From an uncultured Gemmatimonadales bacterium (GTDB lineage: Bacteria; Gemmatimonadota; Gemmatimonadetes; Gemmatimonadales; GWC2-71-9), in NCBI GenBank assembly GCA_963842945.1, contig CAWJIM010000002.1, positions 160,001 to 224,000 on the forward strand: a stretch of DNA of 64,000 nucleotides, given 5' to 3'. Positions 42,594-53,986 of the stretch are shown here, piece by piece. Position numbers and translations under genes: made by a program. Within the stretch, counting starts at the first letter, position 1, and every line of letters begins with the position of its first letter. The notes under the pieces were generated by a model. That model had not been told where the DNA came from, did not search any database, and saw only the letters and a program-made list of their open reading frames with translations.

Positions 42594-42970
42594 TTCAGGA
42601 CGCTCGACCGGAGCGGACCATTGCCCAGCCTCCGGAAGCGCTGCGAATGGCGCTGAATGCGATACAGGATTTGAAGGGAAATCATCTCGTTGTGCTCGAC
42701 CTCCGCGGTCTGAACGACGCCACCGACTTCTTTGTGATTGCCTCGGGGACCTCTGACGCTCACGTTCGGGGTATCGCGGAGTCGGTGATGGAGAAGCTGG
42801 ACCGTCGCGGCCACCACACCCATCACGTGGAGGGCCTGAACGGCGGCCGCTGGGTTCTGCTCGATTTCGTGGACTTCGTCATCCACCTCTTTCACCCCGA
42901 GACCCGCTCCTTCTATCAACTCGAGCGGCTCTGGTACGATGCACCCGAGTTGCTGATCAGTGCTACCTAG
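42590..42970 (+). CDS. rsfS: Ribosome silencing factor
   Basis: DLKG..VVLDL, TDFFVIASG.S..HV, WVLLDF.D.VIHLF...R.FYQLERLW. Confidence 0.95.
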   Translation: MIQDARPERTIAQPPEALRMALNAIQDLKGNHLVVLDLRGLNDATDFFVIASGTSDAHVRGIAESVMEKLDRRGHHTHHVEGLNGGRWVLLDFVDFVIHLFHPETRSFYQLERLWYDAPELLISAT

Positions 42971-42977
42971 ATCGAGG

Positions 42978-45900
42978 ATGTCTATGCTCCGACGCGCCAT
43001 CCCGGCCGTTCTGCTTCTCTGCCTGATCGCGCCGGGACTGCTGCTCAGGCCCAGTATTTCGGCCGGAACAAGGTTCAGTACAGCTCGTTCGATTTCAAGG
43101 TCATCCAGACCGAGCATTTCGACGTGTACTACTACGAGCGGGAACGGGTTGCCGCGATGGATGCCGCCCGAATGGCCGAGCGAAGCTATGCCCGGCTGTC
43201 CAAGGTGCTGAATCACGATTTCCGGGAGCGCAAGCCGATCATCCTGTACGCCTCCCACTCCGACTTTCAGCAGACCAATGCGCTGGGCGAGCCTCCCAGC
43301 GAGGGAACGGGAGGCGTCACCGACTTCCAGCGGAACCGGGCGGTCATGCCGTTCACCGGCTCCTACGCGGAGTTCGAGCACGTCCTGCAGCACGAGATGG
43401 CGCACCAGTTCCAGTACGACACCTGGTCCCGAGGCCGCTCTGGTGCCGACCTGGCGACGCTCATCGCCATCAATCCTCCGCTCTGGTTTGCCGAAGGCAT
43501 GGCCGAATACCTCTCGATCGGGCCGATCAATCCGGAAACCGCCATGTGGCTCCGGGACGCCGCGCTTGGAGGGGAAGCTGCCCACCATCGACCAGATGAC
43601 GCTCGATCCGTATCAGTATTTCCCCTACCGCTTCGGCCATGCGCTCTGGTCCTACATCGGCGAGCGCTGGGGCGATGAGGCGGTTGGAGCCATCCTCAAG
43701 GGGACGCTGTCGGGCGGAGTCGAAGGCGCGTTCCGCCGGACGATCGGGCTCACCCTGGAGCAGCTCTCCACCCAGTGGCGCGACGCGGTGCTGAAGAAGT
43801 ACCTGCCGGAGATCGGGGCCCGGGCCAAGGCCCGGGCGGTAGCTACCGAGCTGCTGACCGAGAAGCGCTCCGAGGGAACCCTGCACCTGGCCCCGGCCTT
43901 GTCTCCGGACGGCTCGCAGGTCGCGTACTTCAGCGAGAAGGACTTCTACTTCGTCGACCTCTATCTCGCAGACGGGCGAACCGGAAAGGTCAAGCGCCGG
44001 CTCCTCAAGTCGGGGGTCAGCAGCAACTACGAGACCTATCGGTTCATCAACTCCCAGGCCAACTGGTCTCCCGACGGGAAATTTCTGGCCTTGGCGGCCA
44101 AACGTGGCGGGCGGGACGACATCGTGATCGTGGATGTTAAACGCAACAAAGAGGTGAAGCGCATCCAGCTGAAGCTCAGCGGGGTCACTACTCCCTCCTG
44201 GAGCCCGGACGGTCAGCAGCTGGTGTTCACCGGCTACGATGGCGGCCTCAGCGACCTCTTCGTCGTCTCCCGCGACGGCAGCAACCTTCGACGGCTGACC
44301 CAGGACAAGTACGCCGACCTGCACCCGGTGTGGTCGCCCGACGGAAAAACCATCGCGTTCGCCACGGATCGGGGCATGGAGACCGATTTCAAGACCCTGG
44401 CCATCGGCAACATGCGGATCGCGCTGTACGATCTCGAAATGGGCTCCATCCGGGTGCTCGACCACATGGATCGGGGCAAGAACGTGAGCCCGCAGTGGGC
44501 CCCCGATGGACGTTCGATCGCCTTCGTGTCGGACCGCAATGGCGTCAGCAACATCTTCCTGTACGACATGGGCCATCGGAATGTCTATCAGCTGACCGAC
44601 TTCTACACCGGTGCCCAGGGCATCACCCCACTCTCCCCGGTGCTCTCCTGGGCGCCCAAGGCTGACCGACTGGCGTTCGTGTACTTCGAAAAGGGTAAGT
44701 ACGACGTTTATACCCTCGCCAACCCGCGTGGCCTGAAGCGGCAGCCGTACCAGAACGCGCCGGACAGCAGTGGAGTGCTCGCCAGTACCACCGCCATGCC
44801 GGTGGACACCACCCGCTCATTGCAGGTACCGGATGACGTGCGGCCTCAGGTGGGCGAGGGTGGCTCGATCTACCGTTCACCGTCGGGATTTCGCTCATCC
44901 AGCGAAGTGGCCCGCACCGGAGATACCGCGGTGGTGGCACCCCCGATCTCGATTGCCGCCTTGATGGATTCCGCCAACTTCAACCTGCCGGACACCAGCG
45001 AGTTCAGCCTCAAGAACTATAAGGTCCACTTCACGCCGGATTACGTGGCCCGGCCCTCGATCGGCTACGCGCGGGATAACTTCGGGCGCGGATTCTTCGG
45101 GGGCACCGCGATCGCACTGAGTGACATGCTCGGCAACAAGCAGCTCATCTTTGCCGGCTACGTTAACGGCCGGATCAGCGAGGCGCAGGTCACGGCGGCC
45201 TACGCCAACCTGAGCCACCGGATCAATTGGGTCACCGGAATTTCCCAGGAGCCCTTCTACTTCTATGAGCCCAGCACCCTCAGGGTGAACTCGCCCGGTG
45301 TGGGACTCAACACCTTCGTCACCAACGTTCGCCGGCTGGTGGTGCGCTCCGTGTTCGGCCAGGGCTACTACCCCATCAGCCGGTTCCAGCGGATCGAGGG
45401 CGCTCTGAGGTTTTCCAACGTGGACGACGCGGTCCTGAGCGTGCTGGAGCCGTATGATCCCCAGACCGGATTTGCTGTGGCAGACCCGACGCTGGAAACG
45501 AACAACCAGCCGGGGATCAATTACGTGCAGCCTTCGCTGGCCCTGGTCTTCGATAATTCACTCTTCGGCTACACCGCGCCGTTCTACGGGCGCCGCTGGC
45601 GCCTGGAATTCGTACAGATCGATCGGCGACTGGAGTTTCTCCCAGATCACGGTCGATACCGGCGCTACGACAAGATCGCCGGACCTATCGTCTTGGCAAC
45701 GCGCCTGCTGTACTTCGGCAGGATCGGCCGGGACGCCGACCGGTTCCGGATCTTCGGGGGAGGCACCGATCTGATACGGGGCAACACCTCGGGCTCCTAT
45801 CGGAGAGGCGAGTGCCTCAACTCCAGCGGTACGAATACCAACGGCAGTCAAAGTAGTACCGGCTGCGCCGAGCTGGACCGGCTGGTAGGGACCCAGGTGG

Positions 45901-46211
45901 GCGTTGCCACTGCCGAAATTCGGTTTCCCATCCTGACCCCGGCTATGCATTTCGTCCCCCAGGGCTTCCCGCCGATCGAGGGCGCTTTCTTCTACGACAT
46001 CGGCGCGGTCTGGGATGGGAACTCGGTTCTGAAATGGAGCCGCGAGCCCGGGGACGATCCGGTGAATGTACGCACGCCGCTCCAGGTCTTCGGCGCCGCG
46101 ATTCGGCTGAACGTGTTTGGCTTTGCTGTGGTCCGGATGGATTATGCCATTCCGCGGGGTCGCCGCGGGGTGAAGGGGCTCTGGGCCTTCAGCCTGGGTC
46201 CGGCGTTCTAA
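42978..46211 (+). CDS. Omp85-family protein: signal peptide, HExxH peptidase-MA-like domain, PD40/TolB-like propeller, beta-barrel (frameshifts near 43040 and 43570)
   Basis: QYFGRNKVQY, HEMAH..PLWFAEGMAEY, repeated WSPDG, SDMLGN, LVFDNS, AEIRFP, terminal FSLGPAF. Confidence 0.85.
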
Positions 46212-46217
46212 GGACGG

Positions 46218-46250
46218 GACGGGGAGGAGCAGAAGCTCCTTCCCGTCTTT
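46218..46250 (+). terminator. Rho-independent terminator
   Basis: 13-bp stem GACGGGGAGGAGC / GCTCCTTCCCGTC (one G.U), AGAA loop, short TTT tail, just after the stop codon. Confidence 0.6.
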
Positions 46251-46252
46251 CA

Positions 46253-46292
46253 CTTCCCCGCTTCCCCGCTTCCCTGCCTCCCCGCTATTTTC
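46253..46292. repeat. Four CTTCCCCG-like octamers followed by CTATTTT
   Basis: cttccccg cttccccg cttccctg cctccccg ctattttc. Confidence 0.8.
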
Positions 46293-46297
46293 CGCAG

Positions 46298-47695
46298 GTG
46301 CATCTCCACACCACAACTCGGTCGCTCGGCATCCTCCTGCTCTGCGCGGCATGCAGCGGCAAGGCCGACCTCGAAACGGGCAACCTGCCGGCATCAGCCC
46401 GTTCGATGGCGAGTGTCAGCGTACTGCGCATGCCCAGGGAGGGCGGGCTGGCGCGGCTCTACCGAGTACCCGGCTCTCGATTCAGCGGCTTGGAAAGCCA
46501 GCCGAGCGTTTGCCACCCATCGAGCGGACCATCGGCGCCGACGCCGAGCAGGGACTCGTCTTCGTGCTCGACCGCAAGAACAACGTGGTGGCGGTCGACT
46601 TGGACACCCGCAGGGTCCGTACCTTCCTCGAAAACGTTCGCTACGCCACGCTGGGGCCTGACGGCGCTCTGTACGCAGTCGACACCGGCAGTGCCGTGGT
46701 GCAACTGGTTCGCCGCACACCGGTACGGTTCCGCTCCAAGCTGCAGGGAAAGCCGGCTGAGCTGCATGGGACCATGGACGGGGCACTGCTGGCGCGGCTG
46801 GCCGGGAACAAGCCCGCCCTGGAGTTCCTCGGCTCAGACCAGGCGCCAACCTCCACGCCGCTTCCCGATGGGCAAGTCGCCTCCAGCTTCGTTGGCGATG
46901 TGGTGGCCGTGGCCGCCGACTCTGCCGTCATTCTCTACACCCCCCATCAGAAGTCCAAGCCGCGCGTCATTCCCATCGAGGGGGATGCGCGAGCGGTGCT
47001 CTTCTCTCCGTCCGGGCACCGGCTGTATGTGGCCCGTGCGGCCGCACCGCTCTTGATCCTGGATCGGTTCGAGGGAACCCGACTGCGGGAGATCGAGCTT
47101 CCCGGCCCCGCCAGAGCGCTCCGGAGCGATATCTATGGCAGCTGGCTGCTGGTCCAGCCCGGAGAGAGCTGATTCCGTCTGGGTCATCGATGTCGGCACC
47201 GGCAAGTATCTCGGTGCCACCGCGGCTCGCTGGAGCGACGATCTGCCCGCCGTTGCGGCTCCGCACACGCTGCTGGTGCGACGGGGCCAGGACATAGTGG
47301 CCCTGGATCTGGCTGATAAAGGATTCACCGAGACGGGGCGGATCGAAGGGGGCGCGAGCGATCTGTGGCTTCCGCTGGCCTGGCATCCGGCGCAGGAGAA
47401 CGATATCCCGGTCGATGCCGATTCGTCCCGCCAGGCCGATGCCGACAGCGCCGCCGGTCGGCCCACGGTATACCTCCAGGTCAGCAGCTCCCAGAACCCA
47501 ACCTGGGCCAGCGAACTCTCCGAAAAGCTCAGAGCGGCCGGCCTGCCGGCCGCCGTGCTCACGCCCAAGCGTCAGGAAGAGGCGTACCGGGTTGTGCTCG
47601 GGCCCTATGCTACACGCGAGCAGGCCGAGGAAACCGGCCGGAAGCTCGGGATGCCTTCTTTTATCGTCACGGCTCAGGACCAACCGGCTCGATAG
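46298..47695 (+). CDS. Lipoprotein with beta-propeller-like region and C-terminal SPOR domain (2 frameshifts)
   Basis: Signal LLLCAAC, propeller-like repeats (GPDG, FSPSG), YLQVSSSQN..A..L...L..AG..YRVVLGPYATREQA. Confidence 0.8.
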
Positions 47696-47723
47696 CGTTC
47701 ACCCTTCGTGGGGGGCAGATCGC

Positions 47724-50700
47724 ATGAAGCTTACCAAGCTGGAGCTCTCCGGCTTCAAGTCGTTTGCGGATACTGTGACCCTGACGTTTGAGGAGGGCGT
47801 CACCGCAATCGTCGGCCCCAACGGTTGCGGCAAGTCCAACGTCTCCGACTCGGTTCGCTGGGTGCTGGGCGAACAATCGGCCCGGCTGCTGCGAGGCGGG
47901 AAGATGGAAGACGTCATCTTCCAGGGATCCGCCGCCCGGCGCCCGGTAAACGTCACCGAAGTCTCGCTCTATCTCGACAACAGCGATGGAGACCTGCCGA
48001 TCGCCTACCGTGAAGTGGTGGTCACTCGGCGGCTCTCCCGCTCGGGACAGAGCGACTACCTCCTGAACGGCTCTCCGGTTCGGCTGCGCGACATCCAGGA
48101 TCTTCTGCGGGGCACCGGGCTGGGGAGCGATGCTGGAGTGGTGATCGAGGCCAAGATGATCGACCTCCTGCTCTCCGACCGCGCAGAGGAACGCCGGTCG
48201 TTGTTCGAGGAGGCTGCCGGGATCGGGCTCTACCGGGACCGGAAGCACAGCACCGAGCGCAGGCTGGAGGAGACGGCGGTAGACCTGCAGCGGGTCGAGG
48301 ATCTCATTGCCGAGGTTCAGTCCCAGATCCGGAGCCTCGCGCGCCAGCGCGGCAAGGCCGAGCGGCACGCCAAGCTTTCCGAGGAAAAGTTCAGCCTTCA
48401 GCTCACCCTGGCTCAGCGTCACCTCGACCGCCTGGCCGACCGAAGCCGCAGGCATGGAGTCCCGCTACGCCGAGCTGACTGACCTGCTGCCGCTGGCGCG
48501 CCAACAGCTGGCCCAGGCGGAATCGCAGCGGGAGGAGTGGGCCCGGGCTCGAAGCGCGGCCGAGGGTCAGCGCACCGAGATGACGATGCGCCTTGCGGCC
48601 TTGCGGGTGGAGATCGGGAAAGCTGGACGGCGATCTGGCTCTGGCCAATGAACGGCTCGCGAATGCCTCGCTCGCGCCGCCTTCGCGCCGCGGAGGAGCG
48701 AACCCAGATGGAGTACCGGGCTGCCCAGGCCGCGATGGAACAAGCCGCGGCCGCGGAAGACCACGAGTCCTCTGCCGCCGAGCACACCCGAATTGGTCGC
48801 GAGCTGATTGGCCGAGCCGAAGCCGAGGAGGCGGTCCGCCAGAAGCTGAGCGATCAGCGATCCTCTGTCCGCCAGTTGGAGCAGGACCTGCAGACTCACA
48901 CGCACACAATCAAGGCACTCGAGGGAGAGCGCACGGCGCTCGAAGGCGAGCTGGCTTCACTGCGGGAACGCACCGCTCAGGCCGAGATCCACCGCTCCAG
49001 CCTGCGGCAGGAGCTCGCCTCGGCTGAGCAGCGGCGGGACCAGGCCGTGGAGCAGGCGGACACCCTGGGGCACGAGGCCCGTGAGGCTGCGGCTGCTACC
49101 GATCACGCCCGATACCTGGTCGCTGAGGCCCGCGAGCATGAGGCCATGCACCGGGGTGACCGCCGGCAGGGCCGAGGAATCCCTGGCGCAGTTGACCGCC
49201 CGCCGCCAGGTGCTGGAAGAGTTGGAACGGGATCGGGTGGGCCTGGCGCCTGGAGCTGCCGCACTACTCGCGGCCCGGGACAATTTCCGGGGTGGAGTGC
49301 TGGGCCCGCTGAGCGACTTCGTGACCACGGGCCGCGACGACGCGGAGCTGGCAGAGCGGCTGCTCGGCGAGTGGATGCATGCCGTACTGGTCCAGGACGC
49401 GGACGCCGTCAGGGCGATACAGACCTGGCACTCGGAACAGCAGCCCGGCCCACTCGTCCTGCTGCCGGTTCAACCCGGGCCGGTATGCCCGGTGGACGAA
49501 GTGCCCCTGGATGATCGGCTGCACGCCGAGGGTCCCGCTGCCGGGTGGGTACGGGCGGCGCTAGCCGGGTCACAGGTACTGGATGAGAATGGCCGGGTAC
49601 TGCGTCGCGCCAGCGGAGCGATTTTCCTCGCCGGGGCGGGGGCGCCCCTGGGGCCCATTCGCCGGCGGGCAGAGCTCGCCACCTTGACCGAAGACATCCA
49701 GCGAGCCCAACACAGCATGAATGCGGCCGAAGAGGCCCTCCGCAGCATTGTCGAGCAGCTCGGTGTGCTGGAGCATGCACTGGGCGAGGCCACCACCACG
49801 GCAGAACAGGCCCGCGAGGCCGAGCGCCACGCCCTCGCGGTCCGGGAAGACATGGGACGAGTGGTAGCCAATCTGAGCCGGGAAACGGCCGAAGCAGAGA
49901 CCCAGATGGATCGGCTGACCGAGCGCCTGTTGCAGTCGGAACGGCGGCTCGGAGAGATCGATCAGACACTCGTGGCCGACGAGCTGGCCCGAGGCCGGGT
50001 AGAGGAGGCCGTGAGCGCGGCCCGCGTCCTCCTCGCGGAGCTGGAGGCGGAACAGGAGGCCACCCGGGAACAGCGGGCGCACTGGCAAGTCCAGGAGGCG
50101 CATCTGGCCGGCAGTCTCCGCGCCGCCAGCGATCGGCTGCAGCGGGCAGCCCGCACCCGGAACGAGGCAGAAGAGGCGGCGCGCGCTCTGTCCGATGAGC
50201 TGGCCCAGTTGGAGGCCGACACCGCGGCTGTCGCCGCCCAGCAGTCAGAGTGGCTGGAGCTGCGGGAGGAGCGCAGGGCTGCACTCCAGGAGCTGGAGAT
50301 TGCCAGCTCGCAGGCAGAATCGGAACTGGCCCAGGCCGAAGCTGCGCTAGCCGATTCCGATCGGCAGGTTGGGAGCGTGCGCGCGCGGTTGGAAAGCGCG
50401 GGCGAGGAGAGCCATGCCCTCCAGGTGCAGCTGACCGAGAGCGCCGGGTTCCGCCGCAGCATCATCGAGCGGGTGGAGGCGGAGTGGCACCGGCCGTTCG
50501 ATCATCTGATTCAGAGCACGACGCTCCTCGACATGGACCTGGACAGCCTGGAAGCCGAGACCGCCCGAGTCCTGACCGCGCTGGAGGGCATCGGCCCAGT
50601 GAATCCCCTCGCGGTGGAAGAGCATGCGGAAGAGAGCAAGCGGCTCGATTTCCTGATCGCGCAGCGGGACGATCTGGTCAGCGCGCGGCAGTCGCTCATC

Positions 50701-51198
50701 CAGGCCATCCGTGAGATCGATGGCACCGCACGGACCATGTTTCTGGAGACCTTCACCGCGATCCAGGCCAACTTCTCCAAAGTGTTCCAGACACTGTTCG
50801 GGGGCGGTGAGTGCGATCTCCGGCTGGCTACGCCCGACGAGCCGCTGGAGAGCGAGATCGACATCCACGCGGCCCCCCGAGGCAAGCGCACCCAGCGGAT
50901 CCATCTCCTCTCCTCCGGAGAGCGCACGCTGGTGGCGGTGTCGCTCCTCTTCAGCATCTATCTCACCAAACCCAGTCCCTTCTGTCTCATGGACGAGGTG
51001 GATGCGCCGCTGGACGATGCCAACGTGGGCCGGTTCACTCGCCTGCTGGACGAGTTCAAGTCGGACACCCAGTTCATCGTCATCACCCACAATCCGCGGA
51101 CCATGCAGTCGGCCGACGCCGTGTACGGCGTGACCATGCAGGAGCCGGGCGTGTCGACCATTGTCGGGGTGCGGTTGGGAGAAGGCGCCGAGGTCTAG
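47724..51198 (+). CDS. smc: Chromosome segregation protein SMC (about 3 frameshifts)
   Basis: GFKSFAD, GPNGCGKSN, RWVLGEQ, FEEAAG, coiled coils, GPVN, LLSSGE, PSPFCLMDEVDAPLDDAN, ITH, GVTM. Confidence 0.96.
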
Positions 51199-51232
51199 AG
51201 TCGCAGTCTCGGGGCTTCCGGCCTCGCCGAGT

Positions 51233-51248
51233 TGGCATACCCCGTGCA
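51233..51248 (+). promoter_or_regulatory. Candidate sigma-54 promoter upstream of aroF
   Basis: TGGCATACCCCGTGCA has GG-N10-GC spacing; a TATCCT -10-like box at 51253-51258 is an alternative. Confidence 0.35.
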
Positions 51249-51334
51249 TCATTATCCTTCCGAACCTTCTGGGGCCCTGGAATTGGGCCCCAGACAGTGG
51301 ACTGCCGACTCTCAGACCTGGACCTGAACGCGCC

Positions 51335-52375
51335 ATGCTCATCGTCATGCGCCACGGCGCGCCCGAAGAGGACATCCGACGCGTCGCCGCGACCATCGAG
51401 GAGATGGGCTACCAGGCGCGGCCCATGCCGGGAAAGCAGCGCACCACCGTCGGACTGGTGGGCAACGATGGCCGGGTGGACGGGTCCCGCCTCGCAGCGC
51501 TTCCCGGCGTCCAGGAAATCATCCACGTCACCAAGCCATACAAGCAGGTGTCCCGAGAGTGGAAGCCGGAATCCACCACGATCCGGCTGCCGGGCGGGCT
51601 CACCATCGGCGGGGACGAGGTCGTAGTGATGGCGGGTCCCTGCTCGGTCGAGAGCGAGCAGCAGATCCTCGCGGCCGCGCGGGCGGTGCGGGAGTCGGGG
51701 GCCACCATTCTCCGGGCCGGCGCATACAAGCCGCGAAGCTCGCCCTATTCATTTCAGGGTATGGGCCGGGCCGGTTTGAAGCTGCTGGCCCGCGCCCGGG
51801 AGGAGACCGGCCTGCTGATCGTGACCGAGGCGATGGACGCGGAGGAGATGGACTTCGTCGCCGAAGTAGCCGACATCATTCAGATCGGCGCCCGCAACAT
51901 GCAGAACTATTCCCTGCTGAAGCGTGGCCGGGCGAATCAGGAAACCGATGCTGCTGAAGCGCGGCCTGTCCGCCACCATTCAGGAGCTGCTGCTTTCGGC
52001 CGAGTACATCCTGGCCGAGGGCAATCCCAATGTGATTCTGTGCGAGCGCGGAGTGCGGGGCTTCGATCCGGCCACGAGGAACCTGTTCGACCTCAGCGCC
52101 ATCCCGGTGGTACACGGACTCTCCCACCTCCCCATCATCGCCGACCCAAGCCACGGAACCGGGCACCGCGATATGGTCATGCCGATGGCCAAGGCGGCGG
52201 TGGCGGGCGGTGCCGATGGGCTCCTGGTGGAGGTGCATCCCACCCCGACCGGGCCCTGTCCGACGGGGCGCAGAGCCTCTATCCCGAACAGTTCGACCGC
52301 ATGATGAAGGAAGTTCGGCTGATCGCGGAGGCCATTGGACGCCGGGTGGCCGAGCCGGCGGAGCTGCGGACATGA
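51335..52375 (+). CDS. aroF: DAHP synthase type I-beta with N-terminal regulatory domain (2 frameshifts)
   Basis: [65 protein letters not shown]. Confidence 0.94.
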   Translation: MLIVMRHGAPEEDIRRVAATIEEMGYQARPMPGKQRTTVGLVGNDGRVDGSRLAALPGVQEIIHVTKPYKQVSREWKPESTTIRLPGGLTIGGDEVVVMAGPCSVESEQQILAAARAVRESGATILRAGAYKPRSSPYSFQGMGRAGLKLLARAREETGLLIVTEAMDAEEMDFVAEVADIIQIGARNMQNYSLLKRGRANQETDAAEARPVRHHSGAAAFGRVHPGRGQSQCDSVRARSAGLRSGHEEPVRPQRHPGGTRTLPPPHHRRPKPRNRAPRYGHADGQGGGGGRCRWAPGGGASHPDRALSDGAQSLYPEQFDRMMKEVRLIAEAIGRRVAEPAELRT

Positions 52376-53022
52376 GAGTCGCTGATTCTTCTGGCGCTGA
52401 CCCTGCTGGGTCCCTCGCACGGCGCCGGCTCAGGACGCCGAGGCGATCATCGGCCGCGCCGCGCGGGTATACCGTTCGCTGGCCAGCTTACAGGCCGACT
52501 TCGTGCAACTGATCGACAATCCGATGATCGACAGCGCGGAGAGCAAAGGAACCCTGGTGCAGGCGGGCCGGCTAAACTGGCGATGCGCTTCAGCGATCCG
52601 CCGGGCGAAGCCATCGTGGTTGACGGAAAGCATGTCTGGGTCTACACGCCCAGCACCGTGCCGGACCAGGTGGTTCGGTTGTCGGTTCCCAGTGGGGGTC
52701 CGGCATACGGATATAATCTGCTGGCCTGGCTGCTCGACCGGCCGGCCGAGCGGTACCGGCCATCGTACCTCAAGAGCGAGCGGATCGACGGCCGAACCAC
52801 CGATGCCATCCAGCTGGTGCCGGCGGTGCCCGACCTGCCGTTCACCAAAGCGGTGGTCTGGCTAGACCGGGAAACCGCCCTGCCCCGCCGCCTCGAGATC
52901 CACGAAGCAGTCCGGCGCCACCCGCACGCTCAGCCTCTCTCACATTCGGGTCAACCAGTCAGTGCCGGCTTCTACCTTTCAGCTTCAAGGTTCCCGCCGG
53001 GGCCCGCGTGGTAGAGCAGTAG
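52372..53022 (+). CDS. lolA: Outer-membrane lipoprotein carrier LolA-like protein (several frameshifts)
   Basis: SLQADFVQ, G.L, P.GE.IVVDGKHVWVYTP, VWLD....P.RL, C-terminal FKVPAGARVVEQ. Confidence 0.8.
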
Positions 53023-53036
53023 TCGCCCCCCAGGTT

Positions 53037-53890
53037 CTACCCGGCGTCATCGAGCACCGCGTTGACCTGTTCGATCGAGAGGTCGTTCAGTCCGGCCTCC
53101 CGCGCCAGCAGCACAGCCGCCCGTCCCACTGTGCGATAGAGCTCTCGATCCTCCGGCCCCAGGGCTTCCAGGTGCGACTGAATAGTCTGCACGTCGCCCC
53201 GCCGAACTGCGCCGGTCAGCGGCTGCTGCTGGGCCGAGGGAGGTCAGGTTGGCGACTGCACCAGCGAGCAGGGGCAGATACAGCCGAGCCGCCATTTCCG
53301 GAGGCACACCGGCCGAGCGGGCCAGCCGCTCGGCGACCCCTACCAGGGCGACGGTGTAGTTCGCTACGAAGGCGGCGCCGGCGTGATAGGCCGGCTTGCT
53401 CTCGGCCGGGATCGTCACCGGAATCATCCGCAGCGTGTTGGCCAGCCGCTCGGCTGCCACGACTGCCCGATCGTCGCCCTCGATGCCGACGTAGGCGCCC
53501 TTGAGCCGCTCGGCGGCGGTGGCCGACTTCGGCCACCGACTGTAGCGGATGGAATGACCCAAGCCCAGCTCCGGTCTCCTCCAGGCGGGAGAGCGCGCTC
53601 TTGTCGAGCAAGCCGGACAGGTGGAGCACGACCTGGTCCCGGGCTATGGCTCGCGCGGATGCCAGCTCCGCTGCCACCTGGGGAATGGCGTCGTCCGGCG
53701 TCGCAATGAGGACGAGCTCAGCGCCATCAGTGGCTTCAGCCAGGCTTCCCTGATGCAGCACCAGCGGAGGGGTCACCTCCCGCTGGGTACGGTTCACCAA
53801 AATCACCTTGTATCCCCGGCGCTTCAGGGCCAGTCCCAACCCCTGACCCATTCTTCCCGCCCCGATGATTGTTACTCGTGGCTGCGACAA
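53037..53890 (-). CDS. Rossmann-like + DUF2520 domain oxidoreductase (2 frameshifts)
   Basis: IIGAGRMG, IATPDDAI, HLSG, SFHPLQS, YHAGAAFVANY, TG.VRRGD. Confidence 0.85.
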
Positions 53891-53931
53891 GCATTCTCCT
53901 TTGACTCGTAGCCTTACACTTTAATACACAA

Positions 53932-53960
53932 GCCCGGTCGGCCAAACCGGCCAACCGGGC
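53932..53960 (-). terminator. Hairpin downstream of the S41 protease gene
   Basis: 12-bp stem (one G.U on the minus strand) followed by TTGTGTATT. Confidence 0.5.
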
Positions 53961-53986
53961 CTGAGCGAGCTGACGTACCGCTCGAG

